Of a stretch of 34,244 nucleotides of DNA, positions 1 to 10,199 are shown piece by piece (positions within the stretch are counted from its first letter, which is position 1; each line of letters opens with the position of its first letter). Where the stretch lies: NCBI RefSeq assembly GCF_001194135.2, contig NC_068992.1, forward strand, positions 7,672,245-7,706,488, written 5' to 3'. Below the pieces are notes generated by a model, which saw only the letters and a program-made list of their open reading frames with translations, was not told where the DNA came from and searched no databases. The DNA comes from Octopus bimaculoides (taxonomy: Eukaryota). Both the position numbers and the translations under genes were made by a program.

Positions 1-7
1 AACAAAC

Positions 8-272
8 TGTTATATGGACTGTTAGATATGTAATTCGTCTGACGTTCCGTGTGTCATGTGGTTCGTCTGAGTTCATTGTTTCATTGTTGTTGTCTTGTGG
101 GACTGTCGTAGTAAAATGTCATTGATATATATATGGCGGACATGACTTTTGTTTATTCATAACGAACATTGGGTGAGTGCGTTCTTTGTATGTAATTGAA
201 CAATAAATGTAATAATTAAATTGTATAACTCGTTATGTTATCTCTGCGAGTCAGTCCGAGGGAAACATAACA
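8..272. mobile_element. Solo LTR of an LTR retrotransposon (265 bp)
   Basis: Starts TGTTAT (8) and ends ATAACA (272), a 6-bp terminal inverted repeat. Flanked by a 5-bp direct repeat CAAAC (3-7, 273-277). Internal AATAAA near 201. CpGs retained. Confidence 0.8.
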
Positions 273-1095
273 CAAACTGTAAAGAATTCCTACTGTATAC
301 ACTTGTAAATTGTCCCCTCTACTTGGAAATATTTACAACCAGATGTGGGGGATAGCAAGGAGCAAGCTAATTAAAATCAAGTGGCTTTGAAAAGGAGCAA
401 AGCAATGACAGATTACAAATTGGTAAGCCACCTTACCCGAACCACTCAATAAACTAAAACTCTCTCCAAATAATTACTTTGCAAAATACAAAAATTTACA
501 GAATTTGCATATTAATTATTATCAAATCAAGAAGTACTATTTAATCCGAGCTGCATGAAGAAAATATAAAAGAAATTATCACTGACAAGATTCTCAGGTT
601 GTTTCCTGCGTCGATACCTATGTAGATACACATGCACACATATAAATATACACACACATATTTATATGTCTATATATATATATGTGTCCATGCGCATGCA
701 CACACACACACACACACACACACAAACGTGTACGCACACTACATACATATATCCTTTAGAGTAAAGAAATTTATATCTTTAATCTTAGCAAAGAATTTTT
801 TGAAGCCAGTTAAGTCTAACATAATTAATTATTAAAATATCTTGGTTGGAAACAAACAGACATAGCAACAACATGGATAACAGTAGCTTTGAACACAAAA
901 GTGATCGCTTACTGACTGAATATGCCTTGGCAGCATTTGGAGCTGCAGTTTTCTTAAGTTGGCCTCCAGCAGATGTCGCTGGAAGCACTGTGGCTTGATG
1001 CGGTGCTGTGCCTGTGGCTAATGAAGTGCTGGTAGCAAACTGAGAATCTTCTTTCTTTAAAAAATGCAATCTTTCAAATGGATTCATATTCTGCC

Positions 1096-1175
1096 ATATA
1101 TAGTTCTGACTCATATATAGTTCTGACTCATATATAGTTCTGACTCATATTCTGACTCATATATAGTTCTGACTC
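1096..1175. repeat. Tandem array of the 17-bp unit ATATATAGTTCTGACTC (four full copies plus one 12-bp variant)
   Basis: Full units at 1096-1112, 1113-1129, 1130-1146 and 1159-1175; short unit ATATTCTGACTC at 1147-1158. Confidence 0.95.
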
Positions 1176-1721
1176 ATGTGATTTCGCTGAGAATCAGATA
1201 ATAACTGTTCATTGAGAATCTGGAACGCTTTATTTCTATTGCGATTCTTTGGTTTTTGGTGCTGCATATCCAACCTGTGATCCCCAATATATCCCGGTAC
1301 CTTGTTATCATAAGAATCAAACTGTTGATTAAAACGTTTGTACTGATTGGTTCTTTTATATTCATCAGAATTCTGCTGTGAAAACTTATAATTTTTAGGA
1401 AAAACCGGATAATTATAATTTTTCTCATTGCTATATTGCCTACCTTGGAACAGTTGTTGAGAATCACTTTTCCCTCTTGTTATCTGAGAATTTTTATTTA
1501 ACTGCTGGTGAACAACATTTTCACTGGGGTGGGTCTTTGACTGCACTGCTTTCTGTTCCAAATATGGATTATAAGGCAGTTGCTTGACAGAGGAAGCTGG
1601 AATGTCTTTAGTGACATCTGAGAAATCATTATTAATGCATTCCATATAGCTTGGTATATGGTCTTCACTGTGAGAATAGTACATCATGTAGAAGTTGCAC
1701 ATCTCATCATCATGAGTTGGT
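1157..1721 (-). CDS. PAM: PAM/PHM coding exon 12: end of the PHM catalytic core (GPTHDDEMCNFYMMYY, CuM Met) plus a Q/N-rich linker. Stops at TGA 1159-1157 in this assembly; alternative donors at 1444, 1301 and 913
   Basis: Acceptor CAG at 1724-1722; phase 2 matches exon 11 (GG|A). The DEMCNFYMMYY motif is diagnostic of copper type II ascorbate-dependent monooxygenases. The 3' boundary is uncertain. Confidence 0.9.
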
Positions 1722-1792
1722 CTGCAATGGGAATAAACATTGGAGTTAATTATTAAGGTTTCAGATAATGGACACAATTGATTATATGAGAA

Positions 1793-1830
<38 letters not shown>

Positions 1831-2399
1831 GGGGAGAAAGAGTAGTTACATATGATTAAGTTCTTAGAAAGCAAACCCAACAATATGGTTGGAGCCATTT
1901 TATTTGGAAATAATGAACAGACAAATCTTATTCTCCTCTCTAAAAATTCTATATCTCATGTCAAGGCATTGTTCAGTAAAACGCAATAATAGGGGTCATG
2001 CAGTGGGACTGAACCTAATACCAGTCTTCTTAACTACACAGTTATGTCTGTGCCTTTGTATATACTAATAAGTTTTGAATGAATTCTTAGAGTTTCACAT
2101 TCCCATTCGTCGGACAGTTTTGTTTAGAATGGAACTAAAATAAGGTTATAAGCCAAAATATACAACTAGTTTGATAGATACACATTTGTAAATGGTTTTG
2201 TTTCATTGGTCCTTTCAACTAATGGTCTTTTCAATAACCGGTTGCATGCAAAGTGTGGAATAAAATTATATTATTATAAAAATTGAAGAAAACCTTAAAT
2301 CAAAAAAAGCTTATAAAGAAAGACAGAGCCTGAATACCTAGGGTAAATAATTAGCTATTAATATTAATCAATTAATAAATTAAAAGATATATCCATTAA

Positions 2400-2740
2400 A
2401 AAAAATTTTAACGTCTTGCTATAAGGGAGGGGCATTGGAGGAGGTGATCCAGTATCAGGTGATGAAAGGTTAGATTGTGATAGAAAAGTAGGGAGGCAGA
2501 AATAGGTGTCTTGCTATAGAGGAGGTACATGGTAAGCCAGGGAGAGAGAGAGAGAGATATTAGGAAACAGCAGAAGAGAGAGATGGTGAAGTATGCCATA
2601 ACAAAATGCACTCAGTACACCTTGTAAAGTGATTGCTGTTAAGGATACACAGCCATAGAAAACAAACCATGTCAGAATTTGATAACCTATCCTACCCAAG
2701 GCAAGATGAAAAGCAGTTACATAATAATGATGATGATGAG
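2400..2740 (+). repeat. Degenerate RTE-3'-end/SINE-like repeat with (GAT)n tail
   Basis: Shares blocks with the copies at 13190-13520 and 30363-30659; ends in tgatgatgatga. Confidence 0.5.
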
Positions 2741-2757
2741 TTCAATGCAATACATAC

Positions 2758-2810
2758 CCAATCTTTGTGACTCTATTTCGACCTGTTGAATTATAGGTAC
2801 AGCGTGCAAC
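2758..2810 (-). CDS. PAM: PAM/PHM exon 11 (VARCTYNSTGRNRVTKIG)
   Basis: tag|GTTGCA ... ATTGG|gtatgt; 53 nt, phase 0 to 2. Matches the PHM 'AARCVF..G' segment. Confidence 0.93.
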
Positions 2811-3449
2811 CTAGCAAAACAAGAGACACTATTAATTGTTTTACTTAATTTAATTTTTCATAAGACACAACAAATAATATGCTAATGTAAAAGAACCACT
2901 TAGTCCAATAGTAATTTGGGTGCTAGCATCGTTACAAGGTTTACTTTGCAATTACACAGTTCTAAGTTCAATTCCAGAAATGTAGCACCTTAGGCAAGTG
3001 TTTTCACTTATAGTTATGTGTCAACCCAAGCCTGGTGTGTGAGATCAGATTAGATGGAAACTGTTCAAAATGCCTGTTAGATTAGCTTTAGTTGTTCTTG
3101 TGTGGTAGACTTAATCAGTTATCAACTTGAACACCACCACCTGGTCCTTTTATCAGAGTTCATGCTGTTGCAAGTATTTGAAGGTTTCCTGTCTGAAGAT
3201 AACCTATTTATGGCTTCTTCTTCCTTTTTCCTTCTCAAAGGGCCTGGGAAAGGTCATAGTCAGAGATGAAGAGCAGTGCTTGGAGCCCTGAAAACTTAAC
3301 TCTTTTAAATTGTTTTCATCTAGATGGGTTTCAAATTGTTACAAGTAATTTCCTTTTCTCTGTACTAGTTCCTACTTTAATTTATCAAACAAAAGTTCTC
3401 GAAGGCAAATACAAAAGTGTCATTGTTTCAAACAGAGAACTATAATTAC

Positions 3450-3500
3450 CACAGTGTCGTTTCTTTCAATTTTGATTCTTCTCTCAATGGGATAAAAGGC
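3450..3500 (-). CDS. PAM: PAM/PHM exon 10 (AFYPIERRIKIERNDTV)
   Basis: ttttacag|GCC ... GTG|gtaatt; 51 nt, phase 0 to 0. AFYP motif. Confidence 0.93.
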
Positions 3501-4216
3501 CTGTAAAATAATAAACGACAGTTTTTAGCTAACTGAAACAGAATCAAGACATTGTACTTGTGTTTACATTGAAATAATCTATCTCTTGGCAACAAGATAA
3601 AAGTGTATTAAAATAAAAAAAATATTGGCACTAGGTTGCTAAGTAGTGAATCATTTAGGCCATGTTAACCTACTATGAGCAAATATTGCACCTGGTTCAG
3701 CAAGAGACAATGAATAAGACCAATAAAAAGCAACATTTACATGTACACACTTTCCTTCTTTCACACATACACACAAAAAATTTCATCCAATTACAAGAAA
3801 TAATATATGCATAAACCATATTAGACAATACACTGGACAATGAATAAGACTTATAAAGAGTAACTTGCTAATTATATTTCAGAGGAGGCTTATAACAAAC
3901 AATGTATAACCAATATTATACACCCAATTTATGTATAATTAAAAAATGGATTCTTTGTAGAAGCTCCTACTAGACATGGTTTCATTTCAAGAATTTGCTA
4001 AAAGTAATTATAAGCTAGATTAATTAATTTTATGAACGACTAGCTTTCCTATCTTGAACCATTTTACAGCATTGACAGCAAGTATTTTGTCCCGTTACCA
4101 ACACATGCAGACCGAATATAAACATGAATTCAGAAGTTATTTTAAAGTTTCTATAAAAACACTTTTCCTTAGTAATAATGAAAGAGTTAAAAGAGAAGAA
4201 GAAGAATTAAACTCAC

Positions 4217-4290
4217 TTGAGGCCAATGGGGATTGCTTTTCCCGATCAATGTCCAGCTTCCATTAAACTTATAAGCACTCACCACTCTTG
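4217..4290 (-). CDS. PAM: PAM/PHM exon 9 (RVVSAYKFNGSWTLIGKSNPHWPQ)
   Basis: tttcag|CAAGAG ... CCTCAA|gtgagt; 74 nt. Resembles PHM 'KVVSGYRVRNGQWTLIGRQSPQLPQ'. Confidence 0.93.
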
Positions 4291-5088
4291 CTGAAACAGT
4301 GAAAAAGATGTCAATTTTACTATGAACCCTTTCATTATGGTATTTCTAATGAGATATGCTGCCTTCATTTTAATTGATTTAGAGAATACTGACGAATTTA
4401 GTAAAATAATTGTCATTATTAACACTTTTGATATTAACCTACCCAAGACTGCCCCTGGATTCCATTGATAATCACAAAGTTATTTTACTAAAATTAATTG
4501 GAATAAAAGCAGGATATTTCAGTAGAGTTAGAGTAACAAAAGGGCTAAGCTGATGCTTAGCACACAAATCAGATAGAAATTCTGAGGAAAGGTTGTAACT
4601 TAGACCACTGTAAAATGGGAAGATTGTAACATAAAACTAAAGGCAGTCTCAGATGGGTTGATATCAAGAGGTTAAAAGGACAGACAAACATCAATCTTAT
4701 TGATTTAATATACTTTTACTGGTTTCAGTCAATGAACTGCAACCACACTGGAACAGCTGTCTTAAAAGGTTTCAGTTGCTTTGTCTCCAATATTGTATCA
4801 GGTACAAAAAAAAACTAAAAACACAAAGTTAACTGTGCCATAAAGGACATAATTTGTATGGACAAAACTACAAGAGATTTGTTTGATGCACCAATTTTGT
4901 CACCCTCATCAATACATATGCACACACACACATAAATGAACGTGCATGTGTGTGTGTGTGAAGAAACATTACTGAAGAATTTACGAAACATTTATTCTTT
5001 TACTGAAATATCTGAATAAAAACCTTTACAAAGTCTTTATTTTATTTTGTTTGTTTTAATAATAAAAGACTGTAAAATGTCTACTTGC

Positions 5089-5169
5089 CAAGATTGTGTG
5101 CATGGGTCCGAAATGCAAATGGATAAATAACTCTTCTTGGAAATTTGCAGCTAACATCAATGTTGCTTA
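5089..5169 (-). CDS. PAM: PAM/PHM exon 8 (SNIDVSCKFPRRVIYPFAFRTHAHNL; CuM His-x-His)
   Basis: tttacag|TAAGC ... CTTG|gcaagt (GC donor); 81 nt, phase 1 to 1. FAFRTHAH motif. Confidence 0.92.
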
Positions 5170-6292
5170 CTGTAAAGCACAAATGAGTTGAGTTAATAGA
5201 ATAACTGAAGTATAGTAATTAAAATTTGTGTTCGCTAACTATTGTTGATTAATCCAATGATTATAATTAACTGATTTTCAACACTTAATTGGTACTGACT
5301 GAATAAATATTAAAATAACAATATTGATATCTGACATAGGCACAAAGTCACAAATTTGGAAAGAAGGATATAATATTGACCTTCAATGTAAAGGGATATA
5401 GCTGGAGATACATGCCCAAGGTGCCAAGCAGTGGGACTGAACCCAGAACTATGTGGTTGGGAAGTAATCTTCTTAACACACAGCCATGCATACCTGCACT
5501 TTCCTTCTTTTTTAAACAATAGGACGTGGCTTGAGAGAGACTTAGTTAATGCATTTTAAATTATATATTTCACAGGTTTTTTTGTTTTTTTTAAAATATA
5601 GACATACAGCTATACTAATTTAGAAATAACAGTTAAATCAACCTAAATACTTGGCAGGTACTTAATTTGCAGGATGACTACAAAAGTGATTCCAGCAGTA
5701 TTTGAACTCAGAACATAAATGAACAAATAATGCAAGTACTCTTGGTTCTTACTCACAGCCCTTAATATTGCAATAATGATTTCAAGGATATGTAGTTATA
5801 AAGGATGGACTCTGATGAGATTTGAACTGTGAACATAAAGAACCATAATTAAATATGCCAAAGCATTTTATCCAAGACTCCACCAATTCTGCCATCCCTC
5901 AACTTTGTCATAAGAGTAATAGAAATGTGGTACTAATCACAATAAAAATCCTCAAGAAAATAGAATTGTCTGATCTAATTAAAATACAAAACGTTTGAAC
6001 ATTAGATTTTTGAATAGCATACTTGTTTCTAATAATATCTTAAAGGTATGTATATATATATATATATATGCCGGATTAGGCAACACCTGGTTTGAAGCTA
6101 CAAACAACAGCTGTTTTTTTATTACTCTCATAAAGAAGGAAAATTTCAAATGCACTTTCATAAAACCTGCTACATTCCAGACAGAAAATACATATAAATG
6201 TTTGTTCTGGAAGAAACTATCTCAATAATATCTAGAGTAGAAACGTTGTTCACACGTGATAAACAATGCTGTAATATATAATTTAACCTTAC

Positions 6293-6360
6293 ATGGAGTA
6301 GATTTGGGAACAACACCATTTTCAGAATCTAAAATAAAAATTCCTGCAGCATACTTCTGT
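6293..6360 (-). CDS. PAM: PAM/PHM exon 7 (QKYAAGIFILDSENGVVPKSTP)
   Basis: ttttcag|ACAG ... CCAT|gtaagg; 68 nt, phase 2 to 1, bridging exons 6 and 8 in frame. Confidence 0.9.
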
Positions 6361-6411
6361 CTGAAAATATGAAAAAAGAAACGACATGTAATTAACTAGT
6401 CTTTATATTAA

Positions 6412-7385
6412 ACTAGCAGAGGCACCCGGCGTTGCTCGGGAATGAAATTGTTGCTTATATACTTGAAGAAAAAAAGGCAAAATATGCTGTATAGAAATTT
6501 GAGGACATTCTGTAGATGGACTCTCAGATGAATGATGGCTGGGCGCCTCTCATGAATGGGGAAAATTGAAGATGTGCCAAAAAGCTTCATTGGTACTTGG
6601 AAACTTTTACGAAAATTAAAATGGGGATTAAATGAAAAAAATGACTTACGTGAATATCCTCACAAGAGTAATTGAAATAAATGGCGATTGTGGAACCCCC
6701 CATACACGCACGCATACACACGTGTGTCTTTGNNNNNNNNNNNNNNNNNNNNNNNNNNNNNNNNNNNNNNNNNNNNNNNNNNNNNNNNNNNNNNNNNNNN
6801 NNNNNNNNNNNNNNNNNNNNNNNNNNNNNNNNNNNNNNNNNNNNNNNNNNNNNNNNNNNNNNNNNNNNNNNNNNNNNNNNNNNNNNNNNNNNNNNNNNNN
6901 NNNNNNNNNNNNNNNNNNNNNNNNNNNNNNNNNNNNNNNNNNNNNNNNNNNNNNNNNNNNNNNNNNNNNNNNNNNNNNNNNNNNNNNNNNNNNNNNNNNN
7001 NNNNNNNNNNNNNNNNNNNNNNNNNNNNNNNNNNNNNNNNNNNNNNNNGTGTGAGACAGAGTGAGAGAGCGGTGTGTATGTAGTATTTACTCTCTCTCTC
7101 TCTCATACACACGAACACACACACACTCACACACAAAATAGAGAGTGAAGCTTTTTGCCATTGTTACGTCAATACCGGAAGTTGACATTGAGGAACCTTT
7201 TTAAAGAAGTGAATCTTAAATATAAAGCAATATTATTTATTTTCAATTAAAAAAATCAAATGAAGAGCCTAACATTTATCCGAGGTCAAATTATTCATGC
7301 ATCACAAGTATGGAAGCATTTGGTGAAGTCGATTTCACGTGAAAAGCGATTACACACACATCTCTGTTTTATATATAGTATAGAT
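6412..7385 (+). mobile_element. Non-autonomous Helitron-like element spanning a gap
   Basis: 5' end ACTAGCAGAGGCACCCGGCGTTGCTCGGG and 3' end TTTTATATATAGTATAGAT, as I recall for invertebrate non-autonomous Helitron-like families. Internal microsatellites and N gap. Confidence 0.55.
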
Positions 7386-8495
7386 TAGGCAGCTGTAAAA
7401 CTTTCTACTTAAAACGACATGTGACTAAGTAGTCTTCGTATCAAATTGAAAGTCTTACAGCTACCAAGAACTCCTAGTGTCAGCTTATAAATGTGTTTAT
7501 GTTTGAAGTACAGTATGTCAAACATCAGGTGAAGCCATCAACTACTATATTCATTTAATGATAAATTAGAACATATCCTGCACTTTACTATCAACAAACA
7601 TCAAAATAGTTTTATGTTCATGAACAATTAATTGTTTCTTTATATAAACTGTTAACAAGCCTCTTTTTTCTTAGGCTGGAAAAATGGATTGAATAACTAG
7701 ATACAGACAACAGAATGATGATTGAAGATCGCTATTTGAAGAAAACAGACAACGGTGATAATCTGTCAATTGGTTTAATATTATCATTTGGCCCATTGGT
7801 CCCTTTAGTGAAATCCACTTTGTTATCAAGCATTTGGGCCCAATCACCACTCTGTGGATAACTTTCTCCCCACCAGTCATAAAAGCACTGAAAAAGGGTT
7901 GTAAAAATTCCACCTCTAACTAAGCCATAAAAAGAAATGACGGAAAAGTGTTCTGTAGTCAAGCCTTTGTCAGGGACCAAATTTATATTCTTTAGTGAGG
8001 CAATCCTCAGAAATATGTTTGAGTATGGTGAGGAGTTTAGGAGGGGAAAAAAAGGCACACCTCTTAAGCAATAATGAATAAAGATCCAAATACATAACAG
8101 TTTATTTGTTGTAAAGAAAAGGAAAGCAATATGAATTACCAGGTACACAAAATATATACTGCCAAATAATGTCGCTTTGCACAAAGATAATTCTGTTACA
8201 ATCCAAAATGTACAGCAACTGTGCTAACCTCATCCAGTATTCCTCCTATCCACTAACCTAAAATAGCCATTTCATTCTCTTTTTCAGCCAACATATTAAG
8301 ATAAATCCTGTCTTAAACATTAAATTCTGTTTTGGAGAGAACTCACATCAATCTAGTTGATTTACTTTTGTTTACTGGCAAAAGAAAAGACATATTGCCA
8401 CTTCACTGCTTAGTTGTTAGTACTTCACATTAGGTACAGTTGTCCTATAGAATGAAAGTAAGATAGAGAAATATGTTTAGGAATTTCAAACTCAC

Positions 8496-8547
8496 TTATG
8501 CTTTGTTACATATAGAGATAATCCAGAATTATCTGCAGGCTGTGCAT
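8496..8547 (-). CDS. PAM: PAM/PHM exon 6 (DAQPADNSGLSLYVTKH)
   Basis: tacag|ATGCA ... CATAA|gtgagt; 52 nt, phase 1 to 2. DNSG motif. Confidence 0.92.
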
Positions 8548-9475
8548 CTGTAATATACAAATAAGAAAATAAGTAAACAAAAATTTTAAAAAAGAGCATT
8601 TTTATTTTATCAATAAATACCACAGTCAAATATTGAACATCTCACATCTGGAATATCATTTTCACATTTTGTCTGAAAAAAAGAAAAAATCTTAGTTTTC
8701 CCGAGGTTTCGTTGTAGTCAAATCAATGTAATTAGGAAACAGACAGTTGTTAGACAGAAATGTGTCATATGCAAATCCAAAGAATCAGTTTTCAACAGTC
8801 TCCAGACATATGCCATCTTTATTCCATCAAAAACAATGTAAAGCCTCTTCCATCTACTCTGTCAGACACTCTCATCTCTCTTTCATTGAAAATACAGATC
8901 CTCTCTCTTTGTAAAAGGCCATAGCTAAAATATATCTCCAGACATTTTTGTCTGCTGGTCATATGATTCTGCCGATACACTGCATTTCTGATATGTAGCA
9001 TGTTGTCTATTGATTTATTTTGTAGGCATGAGTCTTCTTATTTATATCAGTGAGAAAATTAGCATAATGTTCAAGAATATTAATGGAATAAAATGAAATG
9101 GTCACATGTTGGCATTGAAAGCAGATCAATGACAAAGGTACTCAACAGGTTTCACTCTAATTTTCTCACCAAACACCAAGGGATCGATTCCTTTTATAAA
9201 TTCTGAAATTTAAGTTTCAGGTTTATAGCACATAAGAAGTGAGGCTAGGTAGGTAGCATTCACATCTAAATTAAAGACATTAATAAAGTGAAGTATTGCA
9301 ATCCATAATTTCCAGGAGTCAATAATCAACTATAGACATATTACACACTTCAAAAATGTTAGCTAAGAGAGTCATTTATCTACCTTTTGTAGTAAATGGC
9401 AAGCTGTTCCACTAAAATCTAGCAAACATGAGCACAGAAATTTCATGATCTCACGTAATTCTACAGTTACTAATT

Positions 9476-9862
9476 GTTGTTGTTGGCACTCCGTCGCTTA
9501 TGATGTCGAGGGTTCCAGTTGATCCGATCGACGGAACAGCCTGCTCGTGAAATTAACGTGCAAGTGGCTGAGCACTCCACAGACACGTGTACCCTTAACG
9601 TAGTTCTCAGGGATATTCAGCGTAACACAGTGTGACGAGGCTGACCCTTTGAATTACAGGCACAACAGAAACAGGAAGTAAGAGTGAGAGAAAGTTGTGG
9701 TGGAAGAGTACAGCAGGGTTCACCACCATCCCCTGCCGGAGCCTCGTGGAGCTTTAGGTGTTTTCGCTCAATAAACACTCACAATGCCCGGTCTGGGACT
9801 TGAAACCGCGATCCTATGACTGCGAGTCCGCTGCCCTAACCACTGGGCCATTGCGCCTCCAC
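9476..9862 (-). mobile_element. Full-length young tRNA-derived SINE with 13-bp target-site duplication
   Basis: Minus-strand head GTGGAGGCGCAATGGCCCAGTGGTTAGGGCAGCGG...GGTTTCAAGTCC (A/B boxes); (CAA)n tail; TSD ACAGTTACTAATT at 9463-9475 and 9863-9875; CpGs intact. Confidence 0.9.
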
Positions 9863-10121
9863 ACAGTTACTAATTAACATAAAACTATAAAACAATAAAA
9901 TCTAAAACAATATGAAATGACATGAAATAGGTACAGCTATGAACTGAAATCAAACCAGTTCTCTTTTACCACATGAAATGAAAAACATTGTGAACATAAA
10001 TACATGCATCAATCATTAACCTTGTGTGTTTACTTTCTGTGCTCTATCAGGAAGTAATTAAAGCAAAACATAATGGGGCCAGAAACAGATCCCATAATAA
10101 GAAACCGAAAAGTTGCATCAC

Positions 10122-10199
10122 CTGAAAATTTGTTTTTGTAATGAACTTGCATGACCAAAGATGAAATGTTTGATCCTTTACCAATATGGAAACCAACAT
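10122..10199 (-). CDS. PAM: PAM/PHM exon 5 (VGFHIGKGSNISSLVMQVHYKNKFS; third CuH His)
   Basis: tacag|ATGTTG ... TTCAG|gtgatg; 78 nt, phase 1 to 1. VGF..G and QVHY motifs. Confidence 0.94.

Noticed and set aside
1096-1175. CRISPR-like reading of the 17-bp repeats
   Set aside because: Contiguous units with no unique spacers, in eukaryotic exon context.
6632-7136. ORFs spanning N runs (also 14131-15032 and 26462-26929)
   Set aside because: Their length comes from X residues in assembly gaps.
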